Shown: piece by piece, positions 1-7,552 of the stretch
How positions within the stretch are numbered: the first letter of the stretch is position 1
Layout: each line of letters starts with the position of its first letter
Made by a program: the position numbers and the translations under genes
The notes under the pieces: model-generated
What the model was told of the DNA's origin: nothing
The model's database searches: none
What the model saw: only the letters and a program-made list of their open reading frames with translations
From: a virus
DNA: 29,059 bases
Virus record (IMG/VR): IMGVR_UViG_3300027413_000025
Strand: one strand, 5' to 3'

Positions 1-99
1 CAATCAAAACGCTTGAAACTAAAGATCCAAAGACTACAACAACAACTTAATTCCGAAACCGCTAATCAATAGCGGTTTTTTTTTGTCATTTATTTTTTT
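1..99. repeat. 99-bp terminal direct repeat, identical to 28961..29059. Most simply a circular-assembly overlap, so the genome is complete.
   Basis: Read directly: caatcaaaacgcttgaaact...ttttgtcatttattttttt occurs at both ends of the window. Confidence 0.95.
56..84 (+). terminator. Rho-independent terminator (duplicate copy at 29016..29044)
   Basis: AAACCGCT (56-63) pairs with AGCGGTTT (71-78), with a 7-nt loop and then a T-run. Confidence 0.7.
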
Positions 100-100
100 A

Positions 101-108
101 TATTTTTG
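101..108 (+). promoter_or_regulatory. Bacteroidota-type -7 box TATTTTTG, 4 nt upstream of the terS ATG (possible leaderless mRNA)
   Basis: Matches TAnnTTTG. It has the same 4-nt spacing to the ATG as the box at 8679..8686. Confidence 0.4.
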
Positions 109-112
109 CATT

Positions 113-463
113 ATGGCAACAAAAACCAACATATTAAAAAAGAGTTTGATCGAAGCATTGGAAAAATCCTTGGGCGTTGTGACAACCGCTTGTAAAATTG
201 TTGATTGCAATCGATCAACGTTTTATAAATATTATAATAATGATTCAAAGTTTAAAGCAGCCGTTGACGAATTACAAGACATGACATTGGATTTCGTTGA
301 ATCTCAATTGCATAAACAAATTAAAAACGGAAACACGACCGCGACGATCTTTTATTTAAAAACAAAAGGAAAAAAGCGTGGGTTTGTTGAGCGCCAGGAA
401 ATCCAAATGAATGGCGAAATCGAATCAAAAATTATTGAATGGACTCCGGCAAAGGAAAAATAA
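113..463 (+). CDS. terS: Terminase small subunit (HTH-type)
   Basis: Lies directly upstream of terL and overlaps it. N-terminal HTH-like segment (GVVTTACKIVDCNRSTFYKY) and the ATIFYLKTKGKKRGF motif typical of small terminases. The ATG at 113 is preferred over the TTG at 83, which lies inside the terminator T-run and promoter. Confidence 0.6.
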   Translation: MATKTNILKKSLIEALEKSLGVVTTACKIVDCNRSTFYKYYNNDSKFKAAVDELQDMTLDFVESQLHKQIKNGNTTATIFYLKTKGKKRGFVERQEIQMNGEIESKIIEWTPAKEK

Positions 464-1617
464 AAGAATATTGTAATATTCAATTTTATCAAACATTAAA
501 TTCAAAGGCGCGGATCAAGGTGCATCAAGGCGGAACAAGGTCCGGAAAAACTTATGCAATTGTTCAATACTTAATTTATAAGATGACAACAACAACGGAT
601 CCAATTACGATCTCAATTGTTCGTCAAACATTGCCGTCTCTTAAAAGGTCCGTCATGCGCGATTTTATTTCAATAGCGACAAAACTTGGAATATATTACA
701 AAGGGATCCACAACAAGGCCGACAATACTTTTAAATATAACGGATCAACGATTCAATTCTTATCAACCGACGATCCGCAAAAAATTAGAGGTGCAAAACA
801 CAACATTTGTTTCTTAAATGAAAGTAATGAATTATTGTTTGAATCTTTTCGACAATTAAACATGAGAACAATTGACGAAATGATCATTGACTTTAATCCG
901 TCGGATCCAATACATTGGTTGTACAATGAAGTAATTGAAAGAGACGATTGCGATCTTTTTATAACAACATACAAAGACAATCAATTTTTGCCGTCCGAAT
1001 TAGTTAAAGAGATCGAACGAATTAAAGATCGAGATCCGGATTATTGGCGCGTTTATGGTCAAGGACAAAGGGCCGTTTTTTCACAACGACAAATTTTTGG
1101 TAATTGGAAATCAATTCCTTTTGATCAGTTTCCACAATTTGACGAAATTACGCTCGGACTTGATTTTGGTTTTACAAATGATCCGGCGGCGATTTTATCA
1201 GTTGGACGAATTAAAGACAAATTGTTTGTACATGAATTGTTGTATAAAAAAGGAATGACAAATCGAGACATTGCAAACTTTTTAAAAGAAAACAACCTGG
1301 ATCAAACGTTGTGTTATTGCGATTCGGCCGAGCCAAAGTCGATCGAGGAATTGCGACAAATGGGAATTCTTGCAAAGGGAGCGATTAAAGGACCGGGATC
1401 AATAAACGCCGGGATCAGTATGTTAAAAGAATACGAAGTTTTTATTTCAAACGAATCAACAAATTTAAAACGCGAACAATACTCATATTATTGGCAGCAA
1501 TTAAAAGACAATACAATAATAAACAAGCCGATTGACAAGAATAATCATTTAATCGATTCGTTGAGATATTGCGTTTATTCTAAATTTAAAAACCGAACGG
1601 ATTTTTTTGTAATTTAG
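439..1617 (+). CDS. terL: Terminase large subunit (PBSX/Terminase_6-like ATPase-nuclease)
   Basis: Walker A GGTRSGKTYA near the N-terminus, Walker B-like ICFLNES, and C-terminal nuclease motifs (LGLDFGF, YCDSAEP, HLIDSLRY). Confidence 0.9.
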   Translation: MDSGKGKIKEYCNIQFYQTLNSKARIKVHQGGTRSGKTYAIVQYLIYKMTTTTDPITISIVRQTLPSLKRSVMRDFISIATKLGIYYKGIHNKADNTFKYNGSTIQFLSTDDPQKIRGAKHNICFLNESNELLFESFRQLNMRTIDEMIIDFNPSDPIHWLYNEVIERDDCDLFITTYKDNQFLPSELVKEIERIKDRDPDYWRVYGQGQRAVFSQRQIFGNWKSIPFDQFPQFDEITLGLDFGFTNDPAAILSVGRIKDKLFVHELLYKKGMTNRDIANFLKENNLDQTLCYCDSAEPKSIEELRQMGILAKGAIKGPGSINAGISMLKEYEVFISNESTNLKREQYSYYWQQLKDNTIINKPIDKNNHLIDSLRYCVYSKFKNRTDFFVI

Positions 1618-1631
1618 AAACAAAATTTATT

Positions 1632-1643
1632 TTTGTATTTTTA
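1632..1643 (+). promoter_or_regulatory. Promoter word TTTG-TATTTTTA followed by the leader GAAAATTTTTATC
   Basis: One member of the recurring TTTGTATnTTT(G/A) motif; see findings. Confidence 0.5.
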
Positions 1644-1666
1644 CCGAAAATTTTTATCTTTTACAA

Positions 1667-3397
1667 ATGGCGTCAATCCTGGATCGTTTTACCAATTTAT
1701 TAAAAAAAAATACACAACAAACCGCAGCCGATTATAACAAATCGATTTATAATTGGTTAGGTAATTCAATCGTTTGGAATACTGAAAACGACAATTCTTA
1801 TATTACCGAGGGTTATCAAAAGAATTCAACGATTTATTCTTTAATCAATTTAATTACAAAGGCAGCAACAACAATTCCGTTCCAGGTTTACGAAAAGACA
1901 AACGAAAACGATTATAAAAGATACAAGGCATTGACGTCCGGGATCATGGATTCGTCAACAATACAAAAAGCGGCAATGCTGCAAAAAAGATCGTTGATTG
2001 AATTACATGAAACGGAATTACATAAAATATTAGAACGACCAAATCCGGCGCAAAGTTATAATTCGTTTATGACTGAATTGATCGCGTTCGGTAAATTAAC
2101 CGGGAATCGTTACATTTATGGAATAGGACCGGAAACCGGATCAAATACAAAATATTCCGAATTATACGTCATGCCGTCTCAAATAATGGAAATCGTTTCC
2201 GGAGGGATCATGAAGCCGGTTGATCATTATACTATCGAATATAACGGACAACATAAAATCCCGGCGGAATCAATTTGTCACATAAAAGATTTTAATCCGC
2301 ATTATGACGGGAGCGGATCTCATTTATACGGACAATCGCCATTGAGGGCCGGTTTACGATCATTGACAACAAACAATGAAGCCGTTCAAACCGGAGTTAA
2401 ATATCTACAAAACCAAACGGCGAGGGGATTATTAATGTCCGACGAGGGCGATATTAATGAAGTTCAAGCGAAACAACTAAAAGAAAAATTCAAACAACAA
2501 CATCAAGGATCAAACAATGCCGGGGATATTATTATAACTCCGAAAAAATTATCATGGGTAAATTTTGGATTAAACGCGTCGGACGTTTCTTTGATTGAGC
2601 AATACAATGCGAGTATTAAAGATTTATGTAATATTTACAACGTTCCCGTTCAATTGTTAAATAATACCGATTCAAGTTCCTATAATAACATGAAAGAGGC
2701 GAAAAAAGCATTGTATCAATCGTGCGTTATTCCCGAATTGTTAAAGATTAAAGACGAATTAAATCGTTGGTTGGCGCCAAAGTATGGCGAAAATCTTTGT
2801 ATTGAATTTGATTTTTCAGTTATTCCGGAATTGCAAGAGGAAACGGACAAGATCGTTGATCAGTTATTAAAGGCCTGGTGGATTACGCCAAACGAAAAAA
2901 GGGCCGCAATGAATTACGGACGTGATGACGAAAATATAAATCTTGACGATTATTATATTCCGTCAAACTTAATTCCGGTCAAAGGGATCGACGAATTGGA
3001 AATCCCGGTTGAATCAATCGACGTTGACGTTGATAAATTTTTCAGCAAAAAAGAAACAATAATAAAAGATCAAACGTTTGACAATTATCCGCAAACCGCA
3101 ACAAACAACGCCAAAAGGATGATCGAATGGCGTGAAAAATACAAAGACGAAGTCAAGGCGGGAACGCCAACGGGTTGGAGACGCGCAACAATGTTGTCGA
3201 ATAGAGATCCTTTGACGATTGAAATGTTAAATCGAGTTAAATCATTTTTTTCGAGACATGACGGGAATCAAGTTATTTCGGATCAGTACAAGGAAACGCC
3301 ATGGAAAGACAATGGATTTGTTTCCTGGAATCTTTGGGGAGGGACTGCAATGAAAATTTGGACCGAAAAAACATTGGACAAGATAAACAAAGAATAA
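1667..3397 (+). CDS. Portal protein (HK97-family Phage_portal) with a ~105-aa C-terminal add-on domain
   Basis: Position after terL and a length of 576 aa. Portal-like core (LIAFGKLTGNRYIYG, PLRAGL..L, NVPVQLL). Extra C-terminal segment from about aa 470 (NNAKRMIEWREKY...WNLWGG). Confidence 0.85.
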   Translation: MASILDRFTNLLKKNTQQTAADYNKSIYNWLGNSIVWNTENDNSYITEGYQKNSTIYSLINLITKAATTIPFQVYEKTNENDYKRYKALTSGIMDSSTIQKAAMLQKRSLIELHETELHKILERPNPAQSYNSFMTELIAFGKLTGNRYIYGIGPETGSNTKYSELYVMPSQIMEIVSGGIMKPVDHYTIEYNGQHKIPAESICHIKDFNPHYDGSGSHLYGQSPLRAGLRSLTTNNEAVQTGVKYLQNQTARGLLMSDEGDINEVQAKQLKEKFKQQHQGSNNAGDIIITPKKLSWVNFGLNASDVSLIEQYNASIKDLCNIYNVPVQLLNNTDSSSYNNMKEAKKALYQSCVIPELLKIKDELNRWLAPKYGENLCIEFDFSVIPELQEETDKIVDQLLKAWWITPNEKRAAMNYGRDDENINLDDYYIPSNLIPVKGIDELEIPVESIDVDVDKFFSKKETIIKDQTFDNYPQTATNNAKRMIEWREKYKDEVKAGTPTGWRRATMLSNRDPLTIEMLNRVKSFFSRHDGNQVISDQYKETPWKDNGFVSWNLWGGTAMKIWTEKTLDKINKE

Positions 3398-3400
3398 ATT

Positions 3401-4966
3401 TTGGAAATAAACCGCGACAAATGGCAAACGGAGTTTGAAAAAAACTTGGACAAAGCGGAACGAAAACAAATTTCAAAGGTCAAACGCTTTTATAAAAAAG
3501 AATATGACAAAGGAATTCAATCGTTTGTTTCGCAAGGTCAAACGTCTTTTAAATTATTGTTTGACGAAAAGGATCTTTTAAAAATTTATAGAGATCTATA
3601 TCAAGAAACCGGATTGCAATTCGCAAAATGGTATTCCGGAAACTTTAAAAAATTCATTAAAAAATCATTTGACAAAAATCAAATTGATATTTGGAAAAAT
3701 GCGTTTGGATCTTTTGGATCCGCAATGGGAGCGCAACGCGTGACGTTAGTAAAAGGGACCGCATTAAAAACGTTGCAAAGAATTACGCAACAATTAATTT
3801 CGGATCCGGAATTCATGACAATGGGATCGTCACAACAAGCCAGGATTTTAAGAAATCAATTTTCTTTATATTCACAACAACAAGCCGAAAGATTGGTCCG
3901 AACGGAAACAACCGCGGCCGCAAATTTTGCACAAAAAGAAGCAGCAAATTCAATTTTTCCAGGCGTACAAAAAGACAAGGTTTGGATCGCGGCATTCGAT
4001 GACCGCGTTCGCGATAGTCATGCAGCCGCAGACGGACAACAAGTCAAGGAAAACGATCTCTTTATTGTAGGAGGTCAACAAATGGCGTTTCCTGGAGATC
4101 CGGCCGGAGGCGCGGCCGAAGTTATAAATTGCCGTTGTTCGCATTATTACGTCCCAAGACAAGACGCCCAGGCAGCCGCCGGAATTGACGGATTTGCTTT
4201 GGGACTTGGCGGAGGATCCGCGACCGGATTTGGAATGATCGACGCAATTGCCGCCGTTGGATCAACATTGGTTTCGTCGGCGCAAAGAATGATTTCAGAC
4301 GCCGCAAAGACATTAAAAGAAGCAAAGAATCAATTGAATGATTTGTTTTCGCAATACGGATTTAATATTGACAAAATTACAATGAGTCGATCGTTAACCT
4401 TGGCGCAATACAATGAAAGGATTCAAGAATTGAAAAAATTAATGTCTCAATATAATTTTGGGACCGAGGCAAATTTACAACGGGCAATTATAATTTTAAA
4501 TAAATCAACAAGAGGCGCAAATGGATATGTTTCGAGTTTAAGAAATGGAGGTAATTTAACAAAAATTAATTTCGGGGATGAGGTTAATCGGTGGTCAAGT
4601 CGAAATCGAATTGTTTCAACCGAGGAATTTGTCAAACGATTCGGATCCGCCGTTGACGAAGCAAACAACCATTTGTCAACAATGATTCATGAAATGGCGC
4701 ATGTAATGGCAAGATCAAATGATCCAAGACATCGAGAATTTTTTAATAAATTAAAAGAAATAAGAGTTTCATATCGCGCGGATATTGCAAAATATCAACA
4801 AGCCAACAATTATAAGGCGTACAACGAAATATATTTGGGACGATACGCAAATCATGACATTGACGAATTTTTGGCCGAGGGTTGGACCGAATATCGTTTG
4901 AGTTCAAATCCGTCACAATATGCGCGTTTAATTGGCGAATTGATTGATCAAAACTTTAAATCTTAA
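3401..4966 (+). CDS. Minor head protein of the MuF / SPP1 gp7 family, fused to a C-terminal HExxH metallopeptidase-like domain
   Basis: MuF signature RTETTAAANFA...AAFDDRVRDSHAAADGQ...FPGDP...INCRCS. A Gly/Ala-rich linker follows, then HEMAH (nt 4688..4702) and DEFLAEGWTEY 55-60 aa downstream. The start is a TTG; no in-frame ATG occurs until deep inside the ORF. Confidence 0.8.
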   Translation: MEINRDKWQTEFEKNLDKAERKQISKVKRFYKKEYDKGIQSFVSQGQTSFKLLFDEKDLLKIYRDLYQETGLQFAKWYSGNFKKFIKKSFDKNQIDIWKNAFGSFGSAMGAQRVTLVKGTALKTLQRITQQLISDPEFMTMGSSQQARILRNQFSLYSQQQAERLVRTETTAAANFAQKEAANSIFPGVQKDKVWIAAFDDRVRDSHAAADGQQVKENDLFIVGGQQMAFPGDPAGGAAEVINCRCSHYYVPRQDAQAAAGIDGFALGLGGGSATGFGMIDAIAAVGSTLVSSAQRMISDAAKTLKEAKNQLNDLFSQYGFNIDKITMSRSLTLAQYNERIQELKKLMSQYNFGTEANLQRAIIILNKSTRGANGYVSSLRNGGNLTKINFGDEVNRWSSRNRIVSTEEFVKRFGSAVDEANNHLSTMIHEMAHVMARSNDPRHREFFNKLKEIRVSYRADIAKYQQANNYKAYNEIYLGRYANHDIDEFLAEGWTEYRLSSNPSQYARLIGELIDQNFKS

Positions 4967-4969
4967 AAA

Positions 4970-5158
4970 ATGAGTAGTCCAAAAGAAAAAACATTCATTT
5001 GCAATAATTGCAAACATTTGCGTTTAATTTCCGGGGGTTGCGACGCATTCCCAGGAGACATTCCGTTCGGAATGGGCGTTTTGTTTATGCACGACAAGCC
5101 AATTCCAGGTCAAAAGAACAATATTGTCTTTGATCGAGGCGAGGCAAAAATGGAGTAA
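4970..5158 (+). CDS. Small Cys-containing hypothetical protein (62 aa)
   Basis: Tightly packed between the MuF and protease genes. Contains CNNCKH...GGCDAF. No family recognised. Confidence 0.5.
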   Translation: MSSPKEKTFICNNCKHLRLISGGCDAFPGDIPFGMGVLFMHDKPIPGQKNNIVFDRGEAKME

Positions 5159-5167
5159 TTTTTAAAA

Positions 5168-5179
5168 TTTGTATATTTA
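5168..5179 (+). promoter_or_regulatory. Promoter word TTTG-TATATTTA plus the leader CAAAAATTTTTATC directly abutting the ATG
   Basis: Recurring motif; see findings. Confidence 0.5.
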
Positions 5180-5193
5180 CAAAAATTTTTATC

Positions 5194-5883
5194 ATGAATC
5201 AAATATTATACAAAGCGGCGCCCGTTGGCGAATTAATTGACGCGGACGAAAAGGCCGGAATTATAAAAGGTTACGGAAGTTATTTCGGGAATAAAGACTC
5301 GGACAATGACGTGATCATGAAAGGAGCGTATAAAAAAACAATTGCAGAAAACGGCGATCGAGTTAAATATTTGTATCAACATGACATGAATCAACCAATT
5401 GGAAAAATGACGGAGTTATACGAGGATGACAAAGGTTTGGTTTTTGTTGCAGAAATTGCAAAAACACAATTGGGAAAAGACGTTGTTGAATTAATGAAGT
5501 CCGGAGTTATTACAGAAAATTCGGTTGGTATAATGCCAATTCAAAAAACAAACAAAGACGGATTTCGTGAGATCAACGAAGTTAAACTTTACGAAATTAG
5601 CGCCGTTACATTGGCCGCAAATGATCAAGCCAAGATTTTGGATGTCAAGGGAAATATTGACGTTGAAAAACTTGCAAAAAGATATGATAATTTATCAAAA
5701 CTAATAAGAAAAGGAGAAATTTCCGACGACATGGGATTCGCCATTGAAGCGGAAATATTAAAGTTAAAATCATTATTTATTGAATTCACAAAGCCGACGG
5801 AAATCGTCACTTTGCCGAATGTTGAAATAAAAAACAATGATTCGGAAGTGTTAAACTATTTATTAAATTCATTAAAAAATTAA
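5194..5883 (+). CDS. Prohead (capsid maturation) protease, HK97 family (S78/U35)
   Basis: GYGSYFGNKDSDNDVIMKGAYKKTI...VKYLYQHD...PIGK pattern, located immediately upstream of the major capsid gene. Confidence 0.85.
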   Translation: MNQILYKAAPVGELIDADEKAGIIKGYGSYFGNKDSDNDVIMKGAYKKTIAENGDRVKYLYQHDMNQPIGKMTELYEDDKGLVFVAEIAKTQLGKDVVELMKSGVITENSVGIMPIQKTNKDGFREINEVKLYEISAVTLAANDQAKILDVKGNIDVEKLAKRYDNLSKLIRKGEISDDMGFAIEAEILKLKSLFIEFTKPTEIVTLPNVEIKNNDSEVLNYLLNSLKN

Positions 5884-5887
5884 AAAA

Positions 5888-7072
5888 ATGGACGATAAAA
5901 TGAAAGACCAATTGGATTCAATAAGCAAATCCATTGATCAAAAAATTGAAACGAGTAATATTGAGATCGTTGAAACTTTAGTTGCAAAAACAAATGACGT
6001 TGTTGCGACAGAGGTTAAATCAATTAGCGACAATATTAATCAAAGACTTGATGCGATAGAAGTATCAAACAAAAAGAATTTCAGTTCGCCAAAGAGAGCA
6101 ACGTTTAAAAATGCTTTAAAAGAAGCATTGGACAACGGCGCAATTGAGGGACTGCAAAAGGGATTGGATTCCAACGCGAGATTTGTTGTAAAAGCAAACA
6201 TGACGACGGGAGCGGATTTTACCGGAGAAGTAATTCCGGCGAGTAGAGTTGACGGATATAAATTTGATCCAACAAGTCCAACGCACATAAGACAATTATT
6301 GGCACAAGGAAGCACACAAAGCGACGTTGTTCGTTACGTTAAAGAATCGTCGTATTCAAACGGATCAGCAGCAAAAGCAGAGGGAGCGGAATTGAATCAA
6401 AGTGACTTTGATATGACGGCGGTTGACGCAAACGTTAGAAAAATCGGGACTTATTTCCGAATTTCTGAAGAAATGTTAGCAGATACTCCACAATTGACAA
6501 GTTATATTTCAGCAAGAGCGCCGGAAAAACTTATGCAAGTTGAGGACGATCAAATATTGAACGGAAACGGATCATCGCCGAATTTATCCGGAATTATTAC
6601 GGACGCGGCGTCATTTAGTGCCGGAGATTTAGCAAATTCTGTTGAAAGTGCAAATGAATTTGATGTTATTGTTGCAGCGTTAAACCAATTAGCAGCGTCT
6701 AATTATGAAGCCGATACAATTTTATTAAATCCAAGCGATTTTCACAAAATACTATTGTTAAAAGATTCGTCAAACAACTATTTAAAAGACCAAGTTTATA
6801 ACGGCATTTCGCCGGTATTTATGGGCGTTAAAGTTGTTCTTAATACTGCAATCTCGGCCGGAGATTTCCTAATCGGAAACTTTGGTGTTGGGACTCAATT
6901 GTGGGTTAGAGACGGAATCAACGTTGAGTTCTTTAAAGAGGACGGAATCAACGTCAGAGAGGGATTTGTAACAATCCGCGTTTCTGAAAGAGTTGCATTG
7001 ACCAACTATTTACCGAACGCATTCGTTGCCGGAGATTTCACAACTGCAAAAGCAGCATTGGAGACTCCATAA
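5888..7072 (+). CDS. Major capsid protein, HK97 fold, with an N-terminal coiled-coil delta/scaffold region
   Basis: 394 aa and follows the protease. LNGNGSSPNLSGII motif, with a C-terminal region typical of the Phage_capsid family. Confidence 0.9.
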   Translation: MDDKMKDQLDSISKSIDQKIETSNIEIVETLVAKTNDVVATEVKSISDNINQRLDAIEVSNKKNFSSPKRATFKNALKEALDNGAIEGLQKGLDSNARFVVKANMTTGADFTGEVIPASRVDGYKFDPTSPTHIRQLLAQGSTQSDVVRYVKESSYSNGSAAKAEGAELNQSDFDMTAVDANVRKIGTYFRISEEMLADTPQLTSYISARAPEKLMQVEDDQILNGNGSSPNLSGIITDAASFSAGDLANSVESANEFDVIVAALNQLAASNYEADTILLNPSDFHKILLLKDSSNNYLKDQVYNGISPVFMGVKVVLNTAISAGDFLIGNFGVGTQLWVRDGINVEFFKEDGINVREGFVTIRVSERVALTNYLPNAFVAGDFTTAKAALETP

Positions 7073-7096
7073 ATTCGGGATCAAAACCATGAAATG

Positions 7097-7129
7097 GGGA
7101 TCGCATTAATTTGCGGTCCCTTTTTTTTT
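7097..7129 (+). terminator. Rho-independent terminator after the capsid gene
   Basis: GGGATCGCA (7097-7105) pairs with TGCGGTCCC (7112-7120): 9 bp including one G-U, a 6-nt loop, then T9. Confidence 0.8.
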
Positions 7130-7155
7130 GATTAAATAAAAATTCATTATCTTTG
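7127..7155 (+). promoter_or_regulatory. Promoter: TTTG (7127-7130), 17-nt spacer, TATCTTTG (7148-7155)
   Basis: Bacteroidota -33/-7 architecture. No ORF follows it. Confidence 0.55.
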
Positions 7156-7159
7156 CATT

Positions 7160-7280
7160 GAACGTGTTGATCGGATCCGTTGTTGGAGTTTCCGGTCTTA
7201 GTTTTCCCAACTCAAGCCACGTTCACTTGAAAATCCTGGTTGGCCATTAATTTGGCTTTAATCGGGATTTTCTTCTTTTA
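7160..7280 (+). ncRNA. Candidate structured non-coding RNA 1 (about 120 nt, unclassified)
   Basis: No credible ORF. Helix TGAACGTG 7159-7166 / CACGTTCA 7218-7225 encloses GTTGG 7182-7186 / CCAAC 7207-7211. A second helix, GAAAATCC 7229-7236 / GGATTTTC 7265-7272, encloses GCCA 7243-7246 / TGGC 7253-7256 and is followed by a U-rich tail. Confidence 0.45.
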
Positions 7281-7316
7281 TTCCCTTTTAATTATAACTA
7301 TTCACTATTTATTTTT

Positions 7317-7328
7317 TTTGTATATTTG
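7317..7328 (+). promoter_or_regulatory. Promoter word TTTG-TATATTTG with no ORF downstream
   Basis: Exact member of the recurring TTTGTATnTTTG motif. Confidence 0.5.
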
Positions 7329-7332
7329 CAGA

Positions 7333-7552
7333 GTTCCGCCGAGTGGCTTGTCTTGTCAAAGAGGGCATTTCCGGCACGAAAATCCTCTTGTTTTCCGGCG
7401 GAGTAAAGTTTTGGAGTTAGAATCGTTAATGGCTTTGCAATGCAAATTGTACGGCCGCGATATTGTTTTGGGAGCGCCTTAAAATGTTCTCGAAACTTGT
7501 CAAATGCGATTTTGACTCCATTACGATTTTATAATGAGATCGGTTTTTTTTT
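7333..7552 (+). ncRNA. Candidate structured non-coding RNA 2 (about 220 nt, unclassified)
   Basis: Nested helices: TCCGCCG 7335-7341 / CGGCGGA 7396-7402; AAGAGG 7359-7364 / CCTCTT 7384-7389; a 14-bp helix 7412-7425 / 7507-7520 (2 G-U); TTAA(T)GGC 7426-7433 / GCCTTAA 7476-7482; hairpin TTTGC-AAT-GCAAA 7434-7446. It ends in a T-run at 7544-7552. By eye it is more GC-rich than its flanks. Confidence 0.5.

Noticed and set aside
83-112. Upstream alternative starts proposed by the ORF track: 83 (terS), 9091, 17598, 22872, 27315 and 28021
   Set aside because: These extensions are TTG-initiated or lie within terminator hairpins, T-runs, promoter boxes or the preceding gene. In-frame ATGs with conserved leader context are available downstream.
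753-980. Minus-strand or alternative-frame ORFs nested in well-supported genes: 753..980, 1055..1258, 3242..3483, 3691..4325, 4447..4668, 5625..5837, 6040..6315, 10243..10485, 11605..11955, 12677..12859, 13588..13970, 17911..18096, 19162..19344, 20571..20786, 21658..22164, 24685..24879, 25477..25970, 26284..26544 and 27718..27927
   Set aside because: Each lies entirely within a longer ORF that has clear family motifs or operon context. Their sequences are low-complexity and lack start signals.
7160-7225. Possible tRNA: about 66 nt closed by a 7-8-bp acceptor-like stem
   Set aside because: There is no T-arm (no GTTCRA-type loop; the 17 nt before the 3' arm do not form a 5-bp stem with a 7-nt loop). 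No D-arm geometry or recognisable anticodon arm is present either.
7359-7389. Cobalamin-riboswitch-like words (AGAGGG...GGCACGAAAATCC)
   Set aside because: The resemblance is only superficial. There is no B12 box (GCCACTG), the expected paired arms around the GAAAATCC segment are missing, and a B12 riboswitch with no downstream regulated gene makes little sense.
7240-7482. Track ORF on the + strand (80 aa, TTG start) in the RNA locus
   Set aside because: It runs straight across a U-rich terminator-like tail and the TTTGTATATTTG promoter. The N-terminal half is low-complexity Phe/Leu/Ile sequence translated from AT-rich spacer.
7429-7534. Two ATG micro-ORFs inside RNA unit 2: 17 aa (7429..7482) and 16 aa (7484..7534)
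   Set aside because: They are very short and sit inside strong helices. They have none of the conserved leaders seen before real genes. Kept only as an alternative to test by Ribo-seq.
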